From positions 320,001 through 384,000 of the forward strand of contig CBDEFO010000003.1 of the NCBI GenBank assembly GCA_965237525.1: a DNA stretch of 64,000 nt, in the 5' to 3' direction. A program made the position numbers and the translations under genes. This document shows, in pieces, positions 22,701 to 33,436 of the stretch (position 1 is its first letter; each line of letters starts with the position of its first letter). The notes under the pieces are model-generated. The model was given only the letters and a program-made list of their open reading frames with translations, was not told where the DNA came from and did not search any database. Source of the stretch: Candidatus Latescibacterota bacterium (GTDB taxonomy: Bacteria; Latescibacterota; CBDEFO01).

Positions 22701-25700
22701 CCATTCTTAAGTGTGTCTGAAAGACCACTAGGATTTGCGACTATCGCATCTACTTTACCAGCAGAATAATCGGGAGTCACAGCGGCAATAGCATTGGAGG
22801 ACAATACAATTACACTTGTGGCTGAGCTATCCCCAAAAGTAACAGTCGCTCCACTTTGGAAATTGCTCCCTACTATCGTCACAGACGTACCGCCTAATTG
22901 TGTGCCAGAAGAAGGATTAACAGCTGTCACACGAGGATGAGCAATAAACGCAAATCCATTCTTAAGTGTATCTGAAAGACCATTAGGATTTGTGACTATC
23001 ACGTCCAGAGCGCCAGCAGAATGAGAGGGAGTCAGAGCGGCAAGAGCATTGGAGGACAATACAACTACACCTGTGGCTGAGCTATCACCAAAAGTAACAG
23101 TTGCTCCGCTCTGGAAATTACTCCCTGCTATCGTCACAGACGTACCGCCTAATTCCGTTCCAGAGGTAGGATTAACAACTGTCACAACAGGATGAGCAAT
23201 AAACTCAAATTCATTCTTAAGTGTGTCTGAAAGGCCATTGGTATTTGTGACTATTACATCTACAGTGCCGACAGGATGAGCGGGAGTTGTAGCAGTAATA
23301 GTATTGGAGGAGACTACGACTACATTTGTGGCTGAGCTATCACCAAAAGTAACAGTTGCTCCGCTCTGGAAATTACTCCCTGCTATCGTCACAGACGTAC
23401 CGCCCAGTTCCGTGCCAGATGTAGGATTAATGGCTGTCACACGAGGATGAGAAAGAAAAGCAAATCCATTCTTGAGTGTGTCTGAAAGGCCATTAGCATT
23501 TGTGACTACCACATCCACGATAGCTACAGGGTGTGAGGGAGTCGTAAGAGTGATGATGTCGGAGGAGACCACGACTACATCTGTAGCTGTGCTATCTCCA
23601 AAAGTAACAGTCGCTCCACTTTGGAAACTGATCCCTGCTATCGTCACAGATGTTGCGCCTAATTGTGTGCCTGAACTGGGACTAATAGATGTCGCACGAG
23701 GATGAGCAATAAACTCAAAACCATTCTTAAGTGTGTCTGAAAGACCATTGGTATTTGTGACTATCACGTCCCCAATACCTGCAGGATGTGAGGGAGTCGT
23801 AGCAGTAATAGTATTAGAGGAGACTACTACCACAGATGTGGCGGTACTATCTCCAAAAGTAACAGTCGCTCCACTCTGGAAATTGCTCCCTGTTATCGTC
23901 ACAGATGTTGCGCCTAATTGTGTGCCTGAACTGGGACTAATAGATGTCGCACGAGGATGAGCAATAAACTCAAAACCATTCTTAAGTGTGTCTGAAAGAC
24001 CATTGGTATTTGTGACTATCACGTCCCCAATACCTGCAGGATGTGAGGGAGTCGTAGCAGTAATAGTATTAGAGGAGACTACTACCACAGATGTGGCGGT
24101 ACTATCTCCAAAAGTAACAGTCGCTCCACTCTGGAAATTGCTCCCTGTTATCGTCACAGATGTTGCGCCTAATTGTGTGCCTGAACTGGGACTAATAGAT
24201 GTCGCACGAGGATGAGCAATAAACTCAAAACCATTCTTAAGTGTGTCTGAAAGGCCATTAGCATTTGTGACTATCACGTCCACAATAGATGCAGCAAGTG
24301 AGGAAGTCGTAAGAGTGATGATGTCGGAGGAGACCACGACTACACTTGTGGCTGTGCTATCTCCAAAAGTAACAGTTGCTCCACTCTGGAAATTGCCCCC
24401 TGTTATCGTCACAGATGTACCGCCTAATTGTGTGCCAGAAGAAGGACTAACAACTGTCAGAATAGGATGAGCAATAAACTCAAAGCCAGCAGAAAGTGTG
24501 TCTGAAAGACCATTGGCATTTGTGACTACTACGTCCACAATAGCTGCAGCATGTGAGGAAGTCGTAAGAGTGATGATGTCGGAGGAGACCACAACTACAT
24601 CTGTGGCTGAGCTATCTCCCAAAGTAACAGTTACTCCGCTCTGGAAATTACTCCCTGCTATCGTCACAGACGTACCGCCCAGTTCCGTGCCAGATGTAGG
24701 GTTAATAGATGTCGCACGAGGATGAGCAATAAACTCAAATCCATTCTTAAGTGTGTCTGAAAGACCATTAGCATTTGTGACTATTACATCTACAGTTCCA
24801 GCAGGATGAACAGGAGTTATTGCGGTAATGGTATTGGAGGACACTACAACTACATCTGTTGCTGAGCTATCTCCCAAAGTAACAGTCGCTCCACTCTGGA
24901 AATTACTCCCTGCTATCGTCACAGACGTACCGCCCAGTTCCGTGCCAGATGTAGGATTAATAGATGTCGCACGAGGATGAGCAATAAACTCAAATCCATT
25001 CTTAAGTGTATCTGAAAGACCATTAGGATTTGTGACTATTACGTCCAGAGCGCCAGCAGGATGAGAGGGAGTCTTAGCAGTGATGAGGTCGGAGGAGACC
25101 ACGACTACACTTGTGGCTGTACTATCTCCCAAAGTAACAGTCGTTCCACTTTGGAAATTACTCCCTACTATCGTCACAGACGCACCGCCCAATTGTGTGC
25201 CTGAAGTGGGACTAATAGATGTCACACGAGGATGAGCACTAAACTCAAATCCATTCTTAAGTGTGTCTGAAAGACCATTAGTATTTGTGACTATTACATC
25301 CACAGCGCCAGCAGGATGAACAGGAGTCGTAGCAGTGATAGTATTAGAGGAGACTACGACTACATTTGTGGATGAGCTATCTCCGAAAGTAACAATCGCT
25401 CCGCTCTGGAAATTACTCCCTGCTATCGTCACAGACGTACCGCCCAATTGTGTTCCTGAAGTAGGATTAACAACTGTCACAACAGGATGAGCACTAAACT
25501 CAAATCCATTCTTAAGTGTGTCTGAAAGACCATTAGCATTTGTGACTATTACATCTACAGTTCCAGCAGGATGAACAGGAGTTATTGCAGTAATGGTATT
25601 GGAGGACACTACAACTACATCTGTTGCTGAGCTATCTCCCAAAGTAACAGTCGCGCCGCTCTGGAAATTACTCCCTGTTATCGTCACAGATGTTCCACCC

Positions 25701-27195
25701 AATTGTGTGCCTGAAGTGGGATTAATAGTTGTCACACGAGGATGAGCAATAAACTCAAAGCCATTCTTAAGTGTGTCTGAAAGACCATTAGCATTTGTGA
25801 CTATTACATCTACAGTTCCAGCAGGATGAACAGGAGTTATTGCGGTAATGGTATTGGAGGACACTACAACTACATCTGTTGCTGAGCTATCTCCCAAAGT
25901 AACAGTCGCTCCAGTTTGGAAACTGCCCCCTGTTATCGTCACAGATGTTCCACCCAATTGTGTGCCTGAAGTGGGATTAATAGTTGTCACACGAGGATGA
26001 GCAGTAAACTCAAAGCCATTCTTAAGTGTGTCTGAAAGACCATTAGCATTTGTGACTATTACATCTACAGTTCCAGCAGGATGAACAGGAGTTATTGCGG
26101 TAATGGTATTGGAGGACACTACAACTACATCTGTTGCTGAGCTATCTCCCAAAGTAACAGTCGCTCCAGTTTGGAAACTGCCCCCTGTTATCGTCACAGA
26201 TGTACCGCCTAATTGTGTGCCTGAAGAAGGATTAATAGATGTCACAACAACACCAGGTGTCACATTAGAGCGATTCAACAACACTGATACATTATCGCTG
26301 TTCCTATTAGCCACAGCCAGGTCCTTATCTCCATCGCCATCTAAGTCTGCAATGACAACTGACTGGGGGTGCCTTCCGGCGTCGTAGTCCACCTTAGGTG
26401 TGAATGTTCCATCTCCATTATTCAACAACACTGATACATTATCGCTGTTCCTATTAGCCACAGCCAGGTCCTTATCTCCATCGCCATCTAAGTCTGCAAT
26501 GACAACTGATTGGGGCGCCTTCCGGCGTCGTAGTCCACCTTAGGTGTGAATGTTCCATCTCCATTATTCAACAACACTGATACATTATCGCTGTTCCTAT
26601 TAGCCACAGCCAGGTCCTTATCTCCATCGCCATCTAAGTCTGCAATGACAACTGACTGGGGGTGCCTTCCGGCGTCGTAGTCCACCTTAGGTGTGAATGT
26701 TCCATCTCCATTATTCAACAACACTGATACACCATCCTCATTGGTCACAACCAGGTCGTTGTCTCCATCCCCATCTAAATCTGCACTGAAAACTGAATTG
26801 GGTTCATCCCCAGTTGGATAGTCCACATTAAGTGCAAATGTTCCATCTCCATTATTCATCAAGACTGATACGCCATCCTCATTGGTCACAACCAGGTCGT
26901 TGTCTCCATCCCCATCTAAATCTGCACTGAAAACTGAATTGGGTTCATCCCCAGCGGGATAGTCCACATTAAGTGCAAATGCTCCATCTCCATTATTCAT
27001 CAAGACTGATACACCATCCTCATTGACCACAACCAGGTCGCTGTCTGCATCACCATCTAAATCTGCGCTGAAGACTGAGTTGGGTTCATCCCCAGCGGGA
27101 TAATCAGCAGGAGGTCTGAAAAGATCCTGTGTATAGGCAGGCGCAGGCAAAGCACCTAACAGGATGAGAACGATGTACCAGACCTTCCATTTCAT
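19776..27195 (-). pseudogene. Giant surface protein (~2470 aa when repaired): FG-GAP/VCBS repeats, 18 IPT/TIG repeats, two choice-of-anchor-D/ASH-like Ig domains, dockerin-like, cohesin-like and FlgD-Ig/T9SS-A tail; two frameshifts
   Basis: ADLDGDGDxDLxV repeats; 18 x 255-bp IPT units (~21670-26250); ITINDAVFVLQ...DVDGD; SLSQNYPNPFN...YFYRI; frameshifts near 26512 and near 20785. Confidence 0.85.
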
Positions 27196-27307
27196 TTTAG
27201 GTGATCCTTTTTAGCACATTATCCAAACTGGCAGCGACTCCCCCTCAAACAGGGGGAAGTGTTGAAGGGTTCCTTAAGCAATAAATACTACAATAAATAA
27301 CAAAGAA

Positions 27308-27324
27308 AGCAACTTCTGTACCAC
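27308..27324 (-). promoter_or_regulatory. Sigma54 (-24/-12) promoter
   Basis: Minus strand TGGTAC-AGAAG-TTGCT, ~115 bp upstream of the giant surface-protein start and next to an enhancer-binding protein gene. Confidence 0.7.
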
Positions 27325-27335
27325 AGGAGGACCGA

Positions 27336-27371
27336 AAATAAAAAGCACTTGGGTGAGAAATCCAAGTGCTT
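27336..27371 (-). terminator. Intrinsic terminator of the activator gene
   Basis: AAGCACTTGG-9nt-CCAAGTGCTT followed by TTTATTTT on the minus strand. Confidence 0.7.
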
Positions 27372-27493
27372 GTATGTAAAGGGATTATGGATATTTAGAG
27401 GTCTATCAAGCGACGTTGCAGTATCTTATATAACTTTAGCTACATTAGTTTATTTTACACACATTGGGTAATATGAACCACTCTATCTGTGTA

Positions 27494-29089
27494 TTATGAA
27501 CTACTTCTCCTGATCTCTATCCTGTACTTTCGCATCCTATACCTCAACTTCTCCCGGCTGATCCCCAAGAGTCGAGCGGCTTTGCTCTGATTTCCCTTTT
27601 CTTCCTCCAACGCCCACGCAATCTGCGTCCGCTCCATGCCCTCTAAGGTGTGGTCAGCAAGCACCGGCGGTGCAGAAAGGTTCCTATCAGGAGACTCTAC
27701 CTTCTCTCTAGAAGCTGTCCGCCAGATCTCAGGCGGCAGATGCTCCAGGAGGATACTTCCCTCCTCAACCATCACTATGGCCCGTTTGATGACGTTCTGT
27801 AACTCCCGAATGTTTCCCGGCCAGGAGTAGGACAAAAATGCCTGCATCACCTCTGGAGATACCTCTTGAACCCTCCCACTCAACTCCTGATTGTATTTCT
27901 CAATAAAGTAATCAAGAAGGGAGGGGAGGTCCTCAATACACTCGCGTAGCGGCGGCAGGACGATGGGAACGACGTTAAGGCGGAAGAAGAGATCCTCTCG
28001 GAACGTCCCTTCTTTCACAGCCAGTTTGAGATCCCGGTTTGTTGCAGCGATCAGGCGCACGTCAACCCGGCGAACCTGGGTCTCTCCAACTCGACGGATC
28101 TCCCTGTCCTGCAACACATTCAGCAACCGGGTCTGAAGCCCTAGTGGCATATTGCTGATCTCGTCTAAGAATATCGTCCCACTGTCTGCCTCCTCAAAGA
28201 GGCCCTTCTTGTCCTGCACCGCCCCTGTGAAGGCTCCTTTCTTGTAGCCGAACAGTTCACTCTCCCAGAGCCCTTCCGCAATCGCCCCACAATCCACCGT
28301 CACAAAGGGCTTATCTCGTCGGGGGCTCCGATCGTGGATCACCTGGGCAACCAGCCCCTTCCCTGTCCCAGTCTCCCCGAGCAGCAGAACTGTTACTTCT
28401 CGCTGGACAACACGTTCGATCTGCTGGGCGACTTCCTGCATTGGCAGGCTCTGCCCGATGATCGGATGCTCTAACTCTAAGCGCATCTGGAGCCGTCGTT
28501 TTTCCGCTATAAGCTCCTCGTGGGCTCCGGCGTTATCGATGCTGATGGCGACCAAGTCTGCAAAGGTTGTGAATAGCTTCAAATCCTCATCGTCGAAGAA
28601 CTGTCCACCTCGCTTGTTGAGTACCTCCAGGACGCCGATGATCTCCCCCTTAACCTGCAGCGGCGCAGCGAGGATCGACCGGGTCTTGAACCCCGTCATC
28701 CGGTCAATTCCTTCGAAGAAGTGCTTGTCCCGCCGGACGTCAGAGACGATCCTAGGCTCCCCTGTCTCGGCAACCAATCCTGCGATTCCCTCACCCTTTC
28801 GGAACCGCTTATCCTGCGCCTCTTGCCCCTTCGGCCCTGTCGCTACCTTGATGACCAACTCGTCCGATATCTTATCCAGAAGGATGACCGACCCAGCCTC
28901 CGCGTCCATCACCCGAGTTGCCCACTCTATGGTCAGCCGAAGAACTTCCTCTAAAACGAGTGAGGAGGTGATCAGCTGGGCTACCTCCACCAGCGTAGCC
29001 ATGCGGTGGTCGATCCCACTTTCTCCAGCAGGCAATAGTTTCTCGACCAATCTCCTATCAGCTTTTAACTGTTTCTTTGATACGGTCAA
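27494..29089 (-). CDS. GAF-domain sigma54-dependent transcriptional activator (NifA/FhlA-like)
   Basis: GAF domain; GETGTGK, ESELFG, GAFTGA, FLDEI, WPGNIREL; Fis-type HTH. Confidence 0.95.
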   Translation of the reverse strand: MTVSKKQLKADRRLVEKLLPAGESGIDHRMATLVEVAQLITSSLVLEEVLRLTIEWATRVMDAEAGSVILLDKISDELVIKVATGPKGQEAQDKRFRKGEGIAGLVAETGEPRIVSDVRRDKHFFEGIDRMTGFKTRSILAAPLQVKGEIIGVLEVLNKRGGQFFDDEDLKLFTTFADLVAISIDNAGAHEELIAEKRRLQMRLELEHPIIGQSLPMQEVAQQIERVVQREVTVLLLGETGTGKGLVAQVIHDRSPRRDKPFVTVDCGAIAEGLWESELFGYKKGAFTGAVQDKKGLFEEADSGTIFLDEISNMPLGLQTRLLNVLQDREIRRVGETQVRRVDVRLIAATNRDLKLAVKEGTFREDLFFRLNVVPIVLPPLRECIEDLPSLLDYFIEKYNQELSGRVQEVSPEVMQAFLSYSWPGNIRELQNVIKRAIVMVEEGSILLEHLPPEIWRTASREKVESPDRNLSAPPVLADHTLEGMERTQIAWALEEEKGNQSKAARLLGISREKLRYRMRKYRIEIRRSSS

Positions 29090-29299
29090 ACAGCAACCTC
29101 CTTATTGAAGTTTGAGCAGAAAGATACAAAAGAAACGGTTAGATGTTCTTTTACGCAACTTATAAAAAGATTCTTAGGGCACCAGCAAAGGTGATTTTTT
29201 ACCTTGAAACTTTTACCTCTCCTCAAGTGGTTCGCGCAGTTGAAGCTGTGGCTTGGTTGTATGCCCAAAGGTATTGTCTCCTTCCCGTTGGAGTGATTA

Positions 29300-29768
29300 G
29301 AGTGTCTTAGGATCGATCTGCGGTGCTCCTATTCATTCCTAAACGCACAGGTTACATAATAAGTCGGGAATTGCTTATTCTGATCTTTTCAGAGAGATCG
29401 TTTATAACATTTCTTAATATCTTGAAACCTATATTGTGGTGTTTTCTGAGCAGTCTGTCGAACTCCGCGGTGTTTACGATCAGGCTATTGACTTTTCTGA
29501 AGTAACTACCGTCGCTGTCCTTTCCCTTCCTGTGAGGGCGCCTATTTCTCCTACCAGTTGTCCAGGGTTAATTTCAGCTGGGTGTAACGGCGCCGAGAGG
29601 CGCCGTTACACCCAGTTTGCCTGACATGAGGATGAACATCTCCCTGCTGTCTTCCCCGTATTTGAATATCACCTCATTTGGATCATAGTCCTTCCGCTCA
29701 CATATGCTCAGCAGGACTCGTACCTCATTCACAGAGAGTTCCTGGAACATGGGGATCTTGTTTATCAT
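29300..29768 (-). pseudogene. Cyclic-nucleotide-binding domain protein, frameshifted
   Basis: IPMFQELS...EVIFKYGEDSREMFILMSG; continues in another frame as AEINPGQLVGEIGALTGRERTATV; 3' end approximate. Confidence 0.75.
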
Positions 29769-29940
29769 GTTCAGCAGTTTCGGGTCTCTTTTTGTGTCTT
29801 ATTCTCCTTCACGTAACGGATGGCTCTTCCCCTAAAACAGTGACGTGAACCCCAAAACATGCAAAGTTGACATAATATACGACGATTCCAACTCTTTGTC
29901 AATCTTTTTGTGATCATAACATATATATTCTTCAATAGTT

Positions 29941-29970
29941 TACTATTTATAGAATATTCTACAAATAGTA
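29941..29970. promoter_or_regulatory. 30-bp AT-rich palindrome (possible operator)
   Basis: TACTATTTATAGAAT/ATTCTACAAATAGTA, 14/15 dyad symmetry. Confidence 0.45.
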
Positions 29971-29992
29971 TATAAACCGACATCACCCATAT

Positions 29993-30076
29993 CACATTGA
30001 TGAGGGATTATATCTCGATATGATCTTGTTTGTGATTGAATATTACCACTTTTACATTTTTCAGCAAATGCCTTTT
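29993..30076 (-). promoter_or_regulatory. Duplicated promoter-like cassette, copy 2
   Basis: Near-identical to 7997-8080. Confidence 0.55.
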
Positions 30077-31401
30077 GTAAAAGGCGGTTGAAAAGTGTGA
30101 CATCCGAGATTAACTTCCTGCCTTCTACAGTCGCTCTACTACGTCGTGTAAGTCCGGTGTTTGTGATGTCTGGATGATTCCTCCGTCAGTTAGCTCTCCT
30201 ATGGAAAAAAGTTTATGCTGTCAGCATCAATTATCTCTCATAATTTGAAGTGCCTCCCTGTCCGAAATCTCCCTAAATGTTTTCGCCTTTTTTCTAGACC
30301 TTAAAATACTGGATGTCATTCTCAGTTAAGATCTTTGTCAATCTTCACCTTATTCAGAGTATTTTTGAAGATGTGGGGGATTTTCATTAGCTTTCAGACC
30401 GGTCAGCAACATTTTATTTACATCTAACAGCTTCTTTCGTATTTTCCCATCAGAATGATCCCGGCTATCAACCTTGGAACAAATAGTGAAGGAGATCCTG
30501 ACCCAAATCGAAGCGAATATCTTGAAAGAGTCCTGTGAGTAAATTTGGCAAAAGCTATCTTCATTGCTATGGCTATCCTTAACGCTGCGGTAGCAATCGA
30601 GCCGACGGCACCCCGTTTTCAGAGGTTACAGCGTTTGCATCAACACTGAAGCCTGAATCTAAAGAGCGTTCCTGTGCTTCTTTGCCAATATTGTCTCAAC
30701 CTTCTGTCCTTGCTCCTTAGCTGGGAGTTCAACAATCGGTCTGAGTATTCGTTCGGTCACGATAGGTGATGGCAAGGAATCACCGAGGGTGACAAGGATT
30801 CTCAAGACTTCTGCGGATAGCTTGAGGGGACGTGAGAATTCAAGTCAAATTCTCTTACGCTTTTTCTTAGTGCTGGGAAGCTTAAATACTGCCCTAAAAG
30901 TTCTGTCTATTAACCTGTTTGGTGCTATAAAAAACAACGGGTTACGACAATTAGATCGTAGCCCGTTTTTCGTTTGGTGACATATTGGTGACAGAAAGCG
31001 GGCTGGTGACAACTGAAAAGAGCCTGGTAACTCTTCTATGTACACGTTAGTAACAAATCATAATATTGACGGAATCTATTCCATAAGCGGCTTCGGAGCA
31101 AAAAAGGCAGTTGATGCAAATACACATCAACGAACTCATCTGGACGTTCGCTGAAGTGAAGCCACGTTGAGCCACCACCTTCAGCGCGGCTCAACGTAGG
31201 CATTCCGCGGGCGGAGCTTCAAACCCCATCCTTGGGTGCTACCCCCTACACCCCCCGAGATTGCATTCATTCGCACTCACGAGCGGCGGTATTCTGTCAT
31301 AATTTTCGGTTCTTCTCCAAAAAGTGTAGTTATTGACGGAAGTAGTTTTTTGAGACTTTAATATTGAAAGGCATCTGTCCTTTCCTGTATAGTTTATAGT
31401 A

Positions 31402-31633
31402 GCCCGATTAATTCATAAACTTGGTGGAGTCATTGCGAGGAGCAAAGCGACGAAGCAATCTCAAGGTTTTATAGTGGTCTCCTATGAGAGCCGGAGAGTA
31501 TTACATGTACCACAGAATCGAGATTGCTTCGCCTTGGGCTCGCAATGACACCGAAGGTGGTTAAACGGCATAACTATAATATAATACAACTCCTTAATTA
31601 GTACACGGCCTTTTTCTGTGAATTATTCTGGGG
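31402..31633. mobile_element. ~230-bp MITE-like element, copy 2, nested in the ISL3
   Basis: Inverted copy of 6661-6907; flanked by TAGTA on both sides (31397-31401 and 31634-31638). Confidence 0.8.
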
Positions 31634-32621
31634 TAGTAAGAACAAACAAATACAGGAGGGGGTACAGGATCCCTAGTGACATCAGAGCAGAATGGCTTAA
31701 TCTGCCGAAAGTAAGAGTTAATCACGTAACTAGCCATAGTGACAGCACTGAAATTTATCTGGATCGAGATGTTCCGTTGGACTTTACTTGCTCTGGCTGT
31801 GGCCAGATATCCTTCCGGAGTTGGGATTGTCGGCAATCCAGGATTAGAGATCTGTCAGTTTTTGAATTTAAGGCTTATCTGGTCATAGATAAATATCGCA
31901 GCAATTGTCTAGTTTGCGGGGTGAAGATTGAAAGGCTTGACTTTGTTGATTCTTATTCCCGAATGCACTACCAGATTTGAGGAACTTGTAGCCAGACTCT
32001 GCCGAATAACCAGCCTCAAGCAAGTAGCCGAACTCCTTGACTTGGACTGGAAGACAGTCAAAGCAATTGACAAGAAGTTCCTGGAGAAACAGTTGTCCAT
32101 TCCGGACTACGACGGCTTAAGGATTCTAGCAGTAGATGAGGTAGCTTCCCATAAAGGCCATAACTACTTTACGGTCGTTTTGGATCTAGATCAAACCCGG
32201 GTAGTCTGGGTCGGCAAAGGTCGAATTGAAGAAACCCTGGATCGGTTTTTCAAAGAACTGGGCCCACAAAGGAGCAAGCGAATAGAGGCAGTAGCCTGTG
32301 ATATGTGGGACCATACATCACCTCTATCAAGGAGCACGCTCCAGGGGCCAAAATAGTATTCGATAAATTCCACGTTATCAAAACTACTGCAAGATCATAG
32401 ATAAAATCAGAAATATCGAGTTTAAGAAAGCTACCGAACAGAACAAAGAGGCCATCAAAGGCACTAAATACCTCCTACTTAAGAATCGAGATAAACTAAA
32501 TAATGATCAGAAAGAGCAACTTTGCAGATTGCTTGAGTTAAACCAGAACATAAACATCACCTATATGCTCAAGGACGATCTTAAAAGGCTCTGGAATTAT
32601 AAATCTGCCGGCTGGGATAAT

Positions 32622-32642
32622 CCCCAATTGATTCTATTGGGG
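32622..32642 (-). repeat. 21-bp hairpin repeat, copy 3 (inside the ISL3 transposase)
   Basis: Minus strand ccccaatagaatcaattgggg, with a compensatory A-T pair in the stem. Confidence 0.75.
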
Positions 32643-33117
32643 ATGTCTTGACTGTTGGATTAGCACCGCCGTAGCCAGTAATATCAAACCCCTTATGATA
32701 TTTTGCTCAGACTCTGGATAACTATCGCTACGGTCTTATTAACCACTGCTATTACCCCATAGACACCAGCAACTTAGAAGGAATGAATAACAAGATCAAA
32801 GTCATCAAACGCATCGCCTATGGATTTCACGATGACGCCTACTTTATCCTGCAAGATCAAACAAGGATGCTCAGCCCCATTGGATACTGAATAGCTAAAA
32901 TAAAGTTCTATTGCCCAAAGAGATCGGATTCAATGTGGATATTGATCCGAGCCATAAACCTTTGACTTAACCACATTGTTACAATCCCTAACGCGACCCT
33001 AAAATCCCTTCATTATTTACCTAATTACCACTATTAACTTATACAAAAACTCAAGACACCATGAAACAGAATTACCCGCTACTACACTTTTGGGAGAAGA
33101 CCTAAATTATAAAGCTC

Positions 33118-33286
33118 TTGACAACTCTAAGAGTGTTATGTATTCTAAATGGTGTTGCACAGGCGATGAAAAATGCATAATTTGCAGGAGGGGCTGTCTA
33201 TGAGAGAACTGTAGATAGCGCCTTAGAGTATTCTTGATCCCCGATAGATTCAATCGGGGAGGGATGTTCTGGGCGTTTTTCTGTTT
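33118..33286 (+). promoter_or_regulatory. Promoter + micro-ORF + terminator leader, copy 2
   Basis: TTGACA-17-TATTCT; AGGAGG; ATG AGA GAA CTG TAG (33200-33214); stem plus T run homologous to 8617-8776. Confidence 0.6.
33239..33259 (+). repeat. 21-bp hairpin repeat, copy 4
   Basis: ccccgatagattcaatcgggg. Confidence 0.88.
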
Positions 33287-33436
33287 ATGCTAGTGCTTTA
33301 CCAATTAATTATAATGGATAGAGTCGTTTGAGTTTAATCCGTGCCTTTTTCGTCGTGAAGTGCCAATGCGCAGTAGCTTGAGCTGCATTTCGTTCATTTT
33401 CTCAAGCGGGGATTTCTTGGCGCAGTGTAGGCTCAT

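Larger units (their letters stand above)
31308..33102 (+). mobile_element. ISL3-family IS with a degraded transposase (about 31669-32900)
   Basis: Inverted repeats GTTCTTCTCCAAAAAGTGTAGT / ACTACACTTTTGGGAGAAGACC (20/22); CSGCG...CLVCG zinc finger, LAVDE, CDMW, FDKFHV, EGMNNKIKVIKRIAYGF; several frameshifts. Confidence 0.9.

Noticed and set aside
21183..26387. Series of 75-aa plus-strand ORFs and other antisense ORFs
   Set aside because: Shadows of the repetitive minus-strand gene; the same applies to antisense ORFs in the GC-rich operons
31040..31060. Integron attC core (GTTAGTA)
   Set aside because: No matching inverse core or stem, cassette ORF or integron integrase
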